From assembly GCF_011386835.1 (NCBI RefSeq), contig NC_088793.1:197594001-197658000 (forward strand): DNA of 64,000 bases, given 5' to 3'. The stretch's first letter is position 1. Every line of letters starts with the position of its first letter. The position numbers and the translations under genes are program-made. Positions 49,204 to 60,850 of this stretch are shown in pieces. The notes beneath the pieces were generated by a model. That model was not told where the DNA came from, searched no databases, and saw nothing but the letters and a program-made list of their open reading frames with translations. This DNA comes from Chrysemys picta bellii. Taxonomy: Eukaryota.

Positions 49204-49868
49204 GGCCTTGGCTACACTTGCGAGTTACAGCGCTGTAAAGCCGCCCCCAGCGCTGTAACTCACTGACTGGCTACACTGGCAAGGCACGTACAGCGCTGTA
49301 TCTCCCTGGGTATACCGCTGCAGGTACTCCACCTCCCCGAGAAGCATAAGAGATACAGCGGAGTGGCTACGACTCTCCCCTGTGAGTGTGTATCAGGAAT
49401 CAACCTGCAGCGCTGTACTGATCACCTTGTCAAGTGGCCAATCCTCTCCATTGTTGTGACCGGCTGCAGGAATGCGGAAGTGCCGGTTTCAAAGCTCGTA
49501 CCACAGAGAAAAAGCAAACAGTTTGCTGTTTCTTTGAGTGAGTGAGTGAATGAATGAGCAGGGGGCCGGGAGTTCGGAACTTGCAAAATAGAGTGCTGAC
49601 ATGCTCCAAAAAGCACTCTCTCCTCCCCACACTCCCTGTCACACTCCACTTCCCACCCCCCTGTTTTGAGAAGCACGTTGCAGCCACATGAATGCGGGAT
49701 AGCTGCCCATAATGCACCGCTCCCAACACAGCTGCAAATGTTGCAAGTGTGGCCACGCCACTGCGCTTGGCAGCTGTCAGTGTGGACAGACTGCAGCGCT
49801 TTCCCTACTCAGCTGTACAAGGACAGGTTTACCTCACAGCGCTGTACAGCTGCAAGTGTAGCCAAGCC
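49204..49868. mobile_element. Non-autonomous Harbinger element
   Basis: TIRs ggccttggctacacttgc / gcaagtgtagccaagcc. Confidence 0.85.
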
Positions 49869-51690
49869 CAAAGTCTCCCTGTTCATTGTATAGGGAGCCA
49901 AGGCACCTAACTTAGCCTTTGTGGGTCACAATAGTGTTCCCGTTATTTTTCTAGACATTGCCACACTCAGTGTTGCTCTGCCTCAGTCCCTTTGTGGATC
50001 TGGGCTTCGGAGTGGGACTCAAGGTCTTATGTCCCCTAATGGAATTCCCCACCTTGAGTCTCCCCTGTAAAATGCATGGGGAGACGTAGGCACCTACGAC
50101 TGGCATTCACAAAAGCCAGCACACCACAGGCACAGCTGCCAAAATATAGGTGCCGTGGGGATATTAACAGTGGAACGTAGGTGCCTAGGGACTTTGGCTC
50201 CTACATGGGTCGGCAGCAGCTGAGCAGTGGTTTTGAGAATGCCACTGGCACCTAAATGCTGAACTTAGCAACCTAACTGCCATATTAGGTACCTGAGGGT
50301 GCAATTCTCAAGGAGGTATTAGGTGGTTAAATCCTACTGACTCTCTGAGACTTATGCTCCGAAGTTCCAAAGGTTTTGAAAAATGGGACTTAGACTCCTA
50401 AGTCACTTTGACACTTTTGAAAATTCCACCTCTGGTCTTTTGCTTCCTGGGTCAGAGGAGAATGAATACTTTTCCCTCCAGCGGGGCCTCTGGTCTGAGC
50501 AACACAGATGGGCTCCAGAGGCCATTCCATCCAGCCCTACGTGGCCAAGAGGAAGCTGATTCCTGCATGAGACTGGGGGCCAGGTTGAGGAGGAGCTGTG
50601 CCACAGAGGGAATCTCCGCTGACACATGGAATGTGGCACTTCAGGAGCTCAAAAAGAGGCGCTTGTCAGCTGTTGTGCCATTGGCTGATCCATTGAGGAT
50701 ACCATTTTAGATGTTAGTAACGTGACCAGCTGCGAGGAGAAAGCCTGCATCTGTAAGCTCCACCCAGGGGTACTTTAGAGCACGGGTCTGGACTCAATAA
50801 AGCAGTGAAATATTAAAGACACGAGGCCTGATTTACCGTCATGTTACTCTGATTTTATGCCTGTGTAACACCGCTAAGCTCAGGTGGCAGGAAGGATCGG
50901 GATTCAGGCTATAGCTGTCTAGATAAGAATTCGCTGGGGTGGGGGAAGCTTTCAGGTGTCACAAAGCCAGTGGAGCTGGCTACTGTTGTAGCATTCCCCC
51001 TTCTCCCCCCGCCGCTATGGGATTAGGGATCATGGTAGGGCAGAGAGGGTTGCTGCTAGAGGTGGGCATGGGTGTGATGGGGGCTAATTCTCCTTAGGTT
51101 TGCTCTCACACCAGGGCCAGCTCAGCCTGGCCCAAAGATTCAGGGAGCCATAACTGGCTTCCCAATGCCTCCCTCCCTTCTCATATGCAAGAGATAATTT
51201 AACCCTAAGGACACAATCCTGCGCCAATGCCATTGACCTCAACAGGAGCCGGATCAGGCCCTATAACTCTACTCTGTCTAAACCTCTTTTTATAATTGGG
51301 GGGAAAACTAAATGTTTATCCCAGCTTCCCAAGTGAGGCCAGCAGATTCCACCCGCCCATAGCATAACTGATTTCTGCATGGGTGCCTTAGCATAGAGAA
51401 ATAAATAAAACCACAGGGTAAGAAGACTGACCCACTTTTACAGGAAAACGGGGTGTCCACTCAAAACTGAAGCCTCACAGATTTCTGAGGAGGCCTGGTA
51501 GATATAAGGATGGTGATTAAAGGGAAAGGAAGGAGAAGTTAGCAGTTATAACAACATTGAGGAAGGAGAAAAGACAGTACGACTATCACTGAGGTACAAC
51601 CTTCCAGTGGATGCATCTTATTCCAGTCTGACCATTCCTGCTCTTTCTTCTTGAGGGAAATATATTCTTCTGAAACATTAACCTGTCTTT

Positions 51691-51990
51691 GGGCTGGTCT
51701 ACACTGAGGGGGGGGGCGGTGGTCAATGTAAGATACGCAACTTCAGCTACGAGAATAGCGTAGCTGAAGTCGACGTATCTTATTTCAACTTACCTCCCGT
51801 CCTCACGGCGTGGAATCGACAGCCGCGGCTCCCCTGTCAACTTCGCTTCTGTCTCTCGCCCTGGTGGAGTTCCGGAGTCGACGGGGAGCGTGGCGGGGAT
51901 CGATTTATCGCGTCTAGACGAGACTCGATAAATCGATCCCTGATAGATCGATAGCTACCCGCTGATCCAGCGGGAAGTGTGGACGTACCC
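51691..51990. mobile_element. Harbinger-type MITE, same family as 10911-11207
   Basis: Shared tacgcaacttcagctac..gtagctgaagt and cgcgtc.agac.. blocks. TIRs gggctggtctacact / agtgtggacgtaccc. Confidence 0.85.
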
Positions 51991-52959
51991 TTTGATACTA
52001 AAGATCTCTGAAATCAGACCCTTAATTATAGAGGAATAAGAGAGCCTGCATGCTGAGATCACATTAGGAGAAATCAAGCACGAGAACAGTTCTTTGATTA
52101 CTGATCTTTCTTAACAGATCCCCTATAGATTTCCACTAAACGTACAGTAGATTCAGCTGCTTGCCCTGGTTCTTGTGAATACAGACCTAGTCAGAATAAG
52201 GGACACTCCCCTCCCCTTGCCTTCTTTGTTAGGGGTACGTCATATCTGTTTTCTTAGAACATTCGTTTCCTTTCATCGGGAAGAATGGTGTTCACAGATA
52301 CAATCTTTACATGGACAGAGAGGGTCAAACTTTGTGCGTTTTCCCTAAATCCAGACATAACCTACTTTCAGCAGTACAAAACTACATAATTACAGAACAG
52401 CTCAGCTCTGCTTTTAGGGTTGGATGCGATCTCAGCTTTTTCTTTCCAGAATAACTCTCTCTCTCAATATTATGTAGGTGGAATTGTCCTACAGTCATTA
52501 ATGAATATTCAGAGGCCCAGCTCCTCAGCTGGTGTGAATAAAACTGTATTAAAAGTAGTGAGAGAGGAAAATCCAACCCTTAGATCTTGTTCCAGCAATT
52601 GGATCTACATGGGCCTACGTGGAGTGCCATTGGCTTCATAGAGGTGCAGGGCTCCAACTGCAGAGTCAGAGTTTCCTTGTGAATAAATGTATGTCCTTTA
52701 GTTGTGAAAGTCTCGTTTGTGCCTTACCTGACGACTCTGCTTGTATTGGGCTCTCCCTGTACCCACTGAAGCTTCTCTACCACTCTCGCTCAATCTTGTT
52801 GTGGGAAGGCCACCTGTGTGGAAGAGAGAACAGTTCAGTGGGTTGACCCCATTCAGTTCTTGGCTTCTCCACTGAGATTGCAAACAAGGATAGCTAGTTA
52901 GCACCAGATGTAATGTGCTCTCCTATCCATTAGGGACCAGGCTGAGATACCCACCTTCT

Positions 52960-53720
52960 ATCACAGATATGCATCAGCATCATCAAACATGCACAGTCTA
53001 CTGAGGACCATTGCGCCAGCCAGAGTGACCATGGTTGACGGCATTGCATCAAGCATTGTGTAGTGGAGTTCCCAGATTTGTCTCAGTCCTGTGAATCCAT
53101 GAATTTCTGGGCCAGCCCCATGGGCAGCACCAGGTAGGGTCAAGGTGTACTCCTCTTCATGCATCAATGGAGAGTTTGAGAGCATGGTGTGCTGAAGTGT
53201 TTTTGTCCGCCCTGGTGTTGTGGCTGAAGAGCATGCAATGTTGCTTTTGAATATAATGAGGGATTGGAGGAAGGCCAGATCTCTGTGAGATTGTGACAAT
53301 ATGCACAAAGCCAGACCAGTTTATGCTCAGGATTTGGTGCTGACAGCACATGTAGAATACCTCTAGCCACGCCAAGTCTGTCTAAACGAGGGTCCAGGTT
53401 TCTGACCTGTCTACCAATACAGGTAGTACCGGTATGCAGGTTTGATAGATCCTGAACTCTGTCTCAATGCAAAACATGGACTTCAAGCAGGAAGCAGTGA
53501 GACCTATTCATCAAATAACAACCAGTTTGCTGTGACCTTTTGGACTCTGCCTGCAGCCTAGGTAGATGAACCTGTAATGCTCTCCACAGTACTCAACCCC
53601 ACCTGGCTCAGCTGTGAGGTTCGGGACCTTGGTCTTCTGCCATGAGACATATATGTATATGATATAATTAAGTGAAACCATTAAGGTTTGGTCACCATAA
53701 GAGCTTACTCCTGAAAGCAT
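52960..53720 (-). mobile_element. RTE-like LINE 3' fragment
   Basis: Minus strand gives RIYQTCI..LV.RSETWTL..LAWLEVFYMCCQHQILSINW..QRSGLP..HALKLSIDA..PTW..PWGWPRNSWI, typical RTE C-terminal motifs. Confidence 0.75.
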
Positions 53721-53915
53721 AGAAATCCACTGAAAATTAATCTGTTTAATGTGGGCAACTGGAGTAGTGCTGATATTTCAAATCTTTCAGTCCTTGTCTG
53801 CTTTGCTTCCCCCACACCTAGAATGTGGCTCTGTTTCTGTCCATACACGCATGTCCAATGCAGCAGCAAATGGCAATGCAGTTTATACGGGATATCGGAA
53901 AATAAGGGTGTTTTC

Positions 53916-55557
53916 TAGGGCTGTCGATTAATCGCAGTTAAGTCACGCAATTAACTCAAAAAATTTAATCGTGATTTAAAAAATTAATCGTGATTAATCG
54001 CAGTTTTAATCACACTTAAACAATAGAATACCAATTAAAATGTATTAAATATTTTTGAATATTTCTCTATATTTTCAAATATATTGATTTCAATTACAGC
54101 AGATACAAAATGTACAGTGTTCACTTTATATTATTGTTTTTATTACAAATATTTGCACTGTAAAAATGATAAACAAAGGAAATATTATTTTTCAATTCAC
54201 CTCATACAAGTACTGTAGTGCAATCTCTTTATCGTGAAAGTGCAACTTACAGTTACGTAACAGCACTCAGAAACAAAACAATGTAAAACTTTAGAGCCTA
54301 CAAGTCCACTCGGTCCTACTTCTTGTTCAGCCAATCACTAAGACAAACAAGATTATTTACATTTACGGGAGGTACTGCTGCCAGCTTCTTATTTACCATG
54401 TCACCTGAAAGTGAGAACAGGCATTTGCATGGCACTTTTGTAGCCAGTGTTGCAAGGTATTTACATCCCAGATATGCTAAACATTCCTATGCCCCTTCAT
54501 GCTTCGGCCACCATTCCAGAGGACACGCTTCCATGCTGATGATGCTTGTTAAAAAAAAAAATGCATTAATTAAATTTGTGACTGAACTCCTTGGGGGAGA
54601 ACTGTATGTCTCCTGCTCTGTTTTACCTGCATTCTGCTATATATTTAATGTTATAGCAGTCTTGGATGATGACCCAGCCCATGTTGTTTGTTTTAAGAAC
54701 ACTTTCACTGCAGTTTTGACAAAACACAAAGAAGATTTCTAAAGATAGCTACAGCACTCGACCCAAGGTTTAAGGATCTGAAGTGCTGTTCAGAATCTAT
54801 GGGGGATGAGGTATGGAGCATGCTTTCAGAAGTCTTAAAAAAGTAGCACTCTGATGTGGAAACTACAGAACCTGAACCACCAAAAAAGAAACTCAACCTT
54901 CTGCTGGTGGCATCTGCCGCAGATGAAGAAAGTGAACATGCGTCAGTCTGCACTGCTTTGGATCGTTATCAAGCAGAACTCCTCATTAGCATGGAGGCAT
55001 GTCCTTTGGAATGGTGGTTGAAGCATGAAGGGACATATGAATCTGTAACACACCTGGCATGTAAATAACTTGCGACGCCAGCTACAACAGTGCCATGTGA
55101 ACATCTGTTCTCACTTTCAGGTGACATTGTAAACAAGAAGCGGGCAGCATTATCGCCTGCAACTTGTTTGTCTGAGTGACTGGCTGAACAAGAAGTAGTG
55201 GACTGGACTGAGTGGACTTGTAGGTTCTACAGTTTTACATTGTTTTATTTTTGAATGCAGTTATTTTTTGTACATAATTCTACATTTGTAAGTCCAACTT
55301 TCATGATAAAGAGATTGTATTATATTACTTGTATGAGGTGAATTGAAAAATACTATTTCTTTTGTTTTTTTTTATAGCATAGATATTTGTAATAAATATA
55401 AAGTGAGCACTGTACACTTTGGGTTCTGTGTTGTAATTGAAATCAATATATTTGAAAATGTAGAAAACATCCAAAAATATTTAAATAAATGGTATTCTAT
55501 TATTGCTTATCAGTGTGATTAATCACGACTAATTTTTTTAATCGTTTGACAGTCCTA
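53916..55557 (+). mobile_element. hAT (ZBED1/Ac-like) internal-deletion derivative retaining the C-terminal dimerisation domain
   Basis: TIRs tagggctgtc / gacagtccta. TSD GTGTTTTC/GTATTTTC (7 of 8). Peptides STLDPRFKDLKC and LDRYQAE..CPLEWWLKHEGTY..LACK*LATPATTVPCEHLFSLSGDIVNKKRAAL. Confidence 0.92.
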
Positions 55558-58210
55558 GTATTTTCTTAACTGGTATGCTCCAGAAAGGAACAATAATAAT
55601 AAACAAACCCAGATGAAAATCTGAGAATCCACTTTCTATTAAAAAAATCACTATTAACGTTAGGCCAGTGGTGCCAAATTCACCCTGGGTGTAACTCAGC
55701 TAACATCAAAAGAATCATTCCAGGAACTAATTTGTCCATGGGATCTAAATGAAGATATAACATGCTCTCACAAGAATGACCATCTTACACACTATGCAGA
55801 GAACCAATCTAAACAGACTGTGTTTTGTGCAATAAATATGCAACAGAAGTGTACAATGAGTAAACACGCTGGCCAAAACATGAGCTGGTATAAATAGGCA
55901 TAACTCCATTGATGTCAAGAGAGCTATTGCAATTTATATCACTTGAGAATCTAGCGAGCTGCCTCTTCCATCCCAAATGGGAGATCACAGAATAAATTTT
56001 ATTTAGCACCAACATAATGCTCTATCCCCACCAATGTGTGAGTCCTTTGCTAATAAAACCAGAGACAAAGCAAATGGAGTTAGAATTTGTATGAGAAGCC
56101 AGGTAACCAAAGATCTAAATCAAATGGCAATATTAATGTGCTAATTCCTACCTCCTCCCCCATCTCCCTCCCCTTCCCACCCTCCAATGGGCTGCCGGGA
56201 GGCTTGGTAACTATTAAATAAGAAACACACAGCAGTATTGTTTGTTTTTGGAGAACGCTCCCGTCTGATTTAATTACAACATTATACAAGTTTAGTGAAT
56301 TTTCCAATCAGTGCAAACTCCAAAACGGGATCATGCCATTAAAAAAAGGGCCTATTTGTCAGCTGTGATCTAAGTGTGTTATTGACCCAAGTGTGTTATC
56401 TAATCTTTTGCTGAACATTCCTTTTGATTGTGATCTACCTCACAGCCTCATTTCCATCAGGAAGCTTTTTCACTATGGCTACCCTAAGCATGCCCTTGTT
56501 TAGTTTAAGGCCTATAAGTCTTGGGGGCAGATTTTAAAAGGTATTTAGTGGCCTAACCCCCAATGATTTCAATGAGGCACCTAACTCCCATTGATTTATA
56601 CAGTATTATCGGTCCCATCCCCCCTCACCCCCCCGAATCGAGAACTTTCTATGTTTTCTCTCTCCTGCACTGGCAATACCTCTGCCTTTTGATACTACTT
56701 GACTATTTGATCAGCAGAACTCCTTGTTTTATTTTCCAGTTCATTTAGGTTAGGGAGGTGGCCAAGTACTGACTCTTGTGCAAATGCCCCCACCCCAGAG
56801 ATTGGGAACTCTTCCCAGTCTGAGAATTAATCATTTGTCACAAGTCTTGTCTCTGATTTGGGGACCAACTCTGCAGTAATGTTTTGTTTTCCACTTTTGC
56901 CACCAACATTATTTTTCTTTAGATTTTAACTGCTAGTCCATAGCTTGGCTCTCCTTGTTCTCCCTTTCTCAATGTCTCCTGTCCTCTCTCAGCTCCTTAA
57001 ACAGGTTCCTGTGACCCCCATTAGTATTTGTTTTATGCATCAGAACCCATGCTGCTGTCCTTATTCTGTAAGTTCAAAGGGGGTTTTGTCAGAAAAGGGA
57101 TAAGATTTGCTATTTAGTTTTATTTTATGACTCTTCCTTGTGGATTTACCTTTGATTTTAATATGCAGTTGATCGGCCTGGTGCTAGCTAGACAAGGACT
57201 CTGGTAATATTATGCCCATTTTTAATAACTCTGTAATGAAGGAAACAATTTTTATTTCCTGAACAAATGGGGCCATTGTGAAAGATCTTTGGTTGGTGTG
57301 AACCAGCCTAGCTCCATTGCAGCGACACCAATTTATACCAGCTTGGGATCTGACCCAGGGAATCAAGTACCCATGGATCCAGTCCCATGGATCCTTTGAA
57401 AGCCAAAGTTCTGCCTGCCCTGAAATGAGATATCTGGCACTATATGTAAATGTGTCAGCTCATTGGCTGCATTAGTTCTGGGGAGATGGTGAATTTCTGA
57501 GTATTCTCTGCTCCGGCTGAAGCTTTAGCTTCCTTTCCTTTAGAAAGCTGAGAACAACATGATGATGACGAACTGCCTATATATGAGAATATACTCCATG
57601 TTGATCTATGTCGCACAGAGGAGAGCACTGGAAAGGACATAAATAAAATCTTGGCAGAGCAATACAAATATTTCCCCTTCAAGGACCTGGGGGTGGAGGG
57701 AATCAAAGTTAATTTGCATCTGCTGGGGGTATTTAGAAGGATATTTGTAATTCACCACATGGGCAGCCACACTGTCTGGTAACCCTTGAGATCATTTGTG
57801 GCTATGTACATGACATTAGATAGATAGTCACTGAAGTGAGAAAAAAAACTCAGCCTTCCTTTTAAATGCTAATGGTTCCATATGGATGGGAACTAAACTT
57901 CTTTTTGCTGGTGGCAGTAACTGATAGTGTTGATAGAGGGAAAGAAATTGTGTACCTTATTGTTAACTCACACTCTGTTCCACACTCTGTTCTTGTTAAC
58001 AGTGGCCTAATTTTGTATGTAACGAATCTGACGGAAAAGATCTTCAAGATCAAAGAGCTTTGGCTGGGTTACAAACACCATGAAAATAGTAAAGGATTAT
58101 TCTGTCCTGGCATGCCAGGCAATGGTTTATCATTTAAAATGAAATAGTCTAAGAAGGATGTGAGAGATCTTGTTATTCATATTAGCACCGGTTGGCTGAG
58201 TAAACACTCA

Positions 58211-58450
58211 GGGCTTGTCTACATGTGGATGCTCAAGAACATTAATCCGAATTAACTAAAAGGTGTGGATTAGTTAAACTACATTAAACCCATGAGTTGA
58301 CTCTTTCATTCAGAATTAAAGTGGCCTTAATTAATTTTAATTTTGAAAGAGAATGTTGACACAGAAGTTTCATGCAATTTAAGTTATCCACATTGAATTC
58401 ACACCTTTAATAATTCAGATTAATTTTCCTATCTCCGTGTAGACAAGTCC
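58211..58450. mobile_element. Harbinger-type AT-rich MITE
   Basis: TIRs gggcttgtctaca / tgtagacaagtcc. Confidence 0.8.
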
Positions 58451-58520
58451 TAATAGTAAACAACTGTTTTATGATTTGACTGCCAAACTTCTTCTGAGAA
58501 AGGAGGAAAACATATTTCCT

Positions 58521-58756
58521 GACTCTGGTCTACACTAGGAAATTAGGTCGGTATAACTATGTTGCTCAGGAGTGTGAAAAATCCACATCCTGTAAACCAA
58601 CCTAATCCTTGCTGTAGACCCATCAACCTAGCTACTGCCTCTCGGAGAGGGTGGATTATCTATGTGGATGGGAAAAGCCCTCCCGTTGGCCTAGGTAACG
58701 TCTTCACTGAAGTGCTACAGCAGCTCAGATGCAGCGTTTTAAGTGTAGACAAGCCC
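58521..58756. mobile_element. Harbinger-type MITE
   Basis: ctggtctacactag start, aagtgtagacaagccc end. Confidence 0.8.
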
Positions 58757-59329
58757 TGAGATTCAGATGTAGGGCTCCAAGCTAAGACACGTAGGTTTTG
58801 TATGCACATCTTGTTTTCCTCCAGTAAGTCTTCTGTGCAAATGGAAGGGTGTACTGGTTGCATAGTATTAACCCGAAGATTATTGGTAACATGCTGGTGC
58901 ATCAGAAAAGGTGAGCTTTGGGTCAAAGTGCATTCAAGTTATGATCCCATTCAGCTGAATAGCAATGAGACAATGCACCTTTCAGAAAGAGACCACACCC
59001 CAAAGGGTGTTAGTGTGAAGAAGAGTGATGGACAAAATTTGGTATTCTGATCCAGAACAGATTTGGATTGGGCTGAATTAAGGCTCGGGTTAGAGTCAAT
59101 GGCACCAAAACTATGGGAGCTGTTCTCAGGAGATTTTGGCCCAAAGTGGCAGAAATCTTGTGAGATCAACTCATCTCATGTCATTTCTGTTATCATAAAG
59201 TGTAGGAATCTGGACAGGAAGGTTGAGTGTGAGGTTTCAGGCTCATCCAAGCCAGAAAACTTTCCCATCTGGTAAATAAACCTTTTGGAGCTCTCAGCTG
59301 GGTCAGTCCCTTCTCTTTCAGACACAAGG

Positions 59330-59558
59330 GAAGTCCTCCAGCACATACGCACAGAGGCAATGGAAGATCCCTCTGTTCTCCTCAAAGCCCCACCATCGCA
59401 CCGCCCATTCCCCCTAGGCCCCGCCCCCTGCTCACTCCTCTCCATGCCTCCCCCTGTCACTTGCCCTTAGGGCCAGTAAAAGGTGGGAGGACATAGCCCT
59501 CCGATTTTTAAAACTGATGGGGCTGTGGCCCCTGGCCCAACTTGTTCCGGCGCCCCTG
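59330..59558. mobile_element. Probable hAT MITE fragment, GC-rich
   Basis: Ends ..ttccggcgcccctg, a CAGGGG-type terminus on the minus strand. The other end was not found. Confidence 0.45.
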
Positions 59559-60280
59559 CATACACACTGAGGTTCTTTACGGATGATTCATACTCAGTTC
59601 TAGGAGAGAGAACACAGACACCCCACATTTCAAGACTGGTTTTTTTTAAGAAGTCTAATGGAGTTGGCTATTGAAATTCCATGGGAATTGGTTGCCTAGA
59701 TTTACAGTGTGGAATCCATCTTGGTCTGGAACAAAATTAGGCATCTGGGCCAATGAAGAGGCTACTGTCATATGCTATTAAGCAATGACATGATATGCTC
59801 TGTTGTAGTTGGACATTTTATTGATTTATATTTGAAATCCTGGATGGCAATGTGCAGAGAAGATGACATGTCAGGTTCAGATTTAATCTGCATATTTCTA
59901 CTTAAACTGTGATATAATTTGAACACTACTGTTTCAGGATTCTGCCTAAAGAGTAAAACCGTCCGAGCTCCTACACTCTGGTTTGAATTAGCTCCTGGAA
60001 AAAATATTTTTAGCTTTGAAGACTGTGCTATAAAATCTTGAACATCACATTAACAAACAGACAACAGACATTTAACAAATTGGAAAAAGGTTGGCTCCAA
60101 ATCTTTTAAAAGATAAATTCATATGTTAAAAAGATTGAAATCTGACTGGCATTAAGTAGAAAGAACCATACAAATATAGCAGAAAGCAAACTTTAAAAGT
60201 CAGTATTCCAGCAATTTTTATACAGAGTTTATAATTAATCCCTGTCATTGTACTAGTTATTAGGTTTGGTATGCATAAAC

Positions 60281-60591
60281 CAGGGGTCGGCAACCTTTCA
60301 GAAGTGGTGTGCCGAGTCTTCATTTATTCACTCTGATTTAAGGTTTCTCGTGCCAATAATACATTTTAACGTTTTTAAAAGGTCTCTTTCTATAAGTCTA
60401 TAATATATAACTAAACTATTGTTGTATGTAAAGTAAATAAGGTTTTTAAAATGTTTAAGAAACTTCATTTAAAATTAAATTAAAATGCAGAGCCCCCTGG
60501 ACCAGTGGCCAGGACCTGGGCAGTGTGAGTACCACTGAAAATCAACTCGCGTGCCGCCTTTGGCACGCATGCCATAGGTTACCTACCCCTG
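60281..60591. mobile_element. hAT MITE
   Basis: TIRs caggggtcggcaacct / aggttacctacccctg. Perfect 8-bp TSD GCATAAAC. Confidence 0.93.
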
Positions 60592-60689
60592 GCATAAACT
60601 AAGCACTCTTCCAATACTTTTAACAAGAATAATGGACCAGTTCTGGGATCGATAAATGAAAAGACCAATTCAGAAAAAGACCAATAATA

Positions 60690-60850
60690 CCAAGTTCTTA
60701 CATAGCGCTTTTCACCCATAGACTCAGAGCACTTTACAAAGGAGGTCAGTAGCATTATCCCCATGTATAGATGGGGAACAAGGGCATAGCAAGGTGAAGT
60801 GACTTGCGAGCAGGGCCCATTGCAGTGCTGGGACTAGAACCCAGCTCTAT
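60690..60850 (-). mobile_element. MIR-like CORE-SINE
   Basis: tacatagcgcttttcacccatagactcagagcactttacaaaggaggtcagt..ccccat..agatgggga..gaggtgaagtgacttgc-like. Confidence 0.7.

Noticed and set aside
52960-53720. Initial reading as a DIRS or Harbinger coding fragment
   Set aside because: The stitched minus-strand peptide fits RTE LINE C-terminal motifs (SETWTL, LEVF.M.C..QIL.I.W, GWPRNSW) much better.
57540-57790. Peptide DDDELPIYENI.. resembling a tyrosine-based signalling motif
   Set aside because: There is an in-frame stop just upstream, the nearby acceptor does not feed this frame, and no convincing donor was found. Probably chance.
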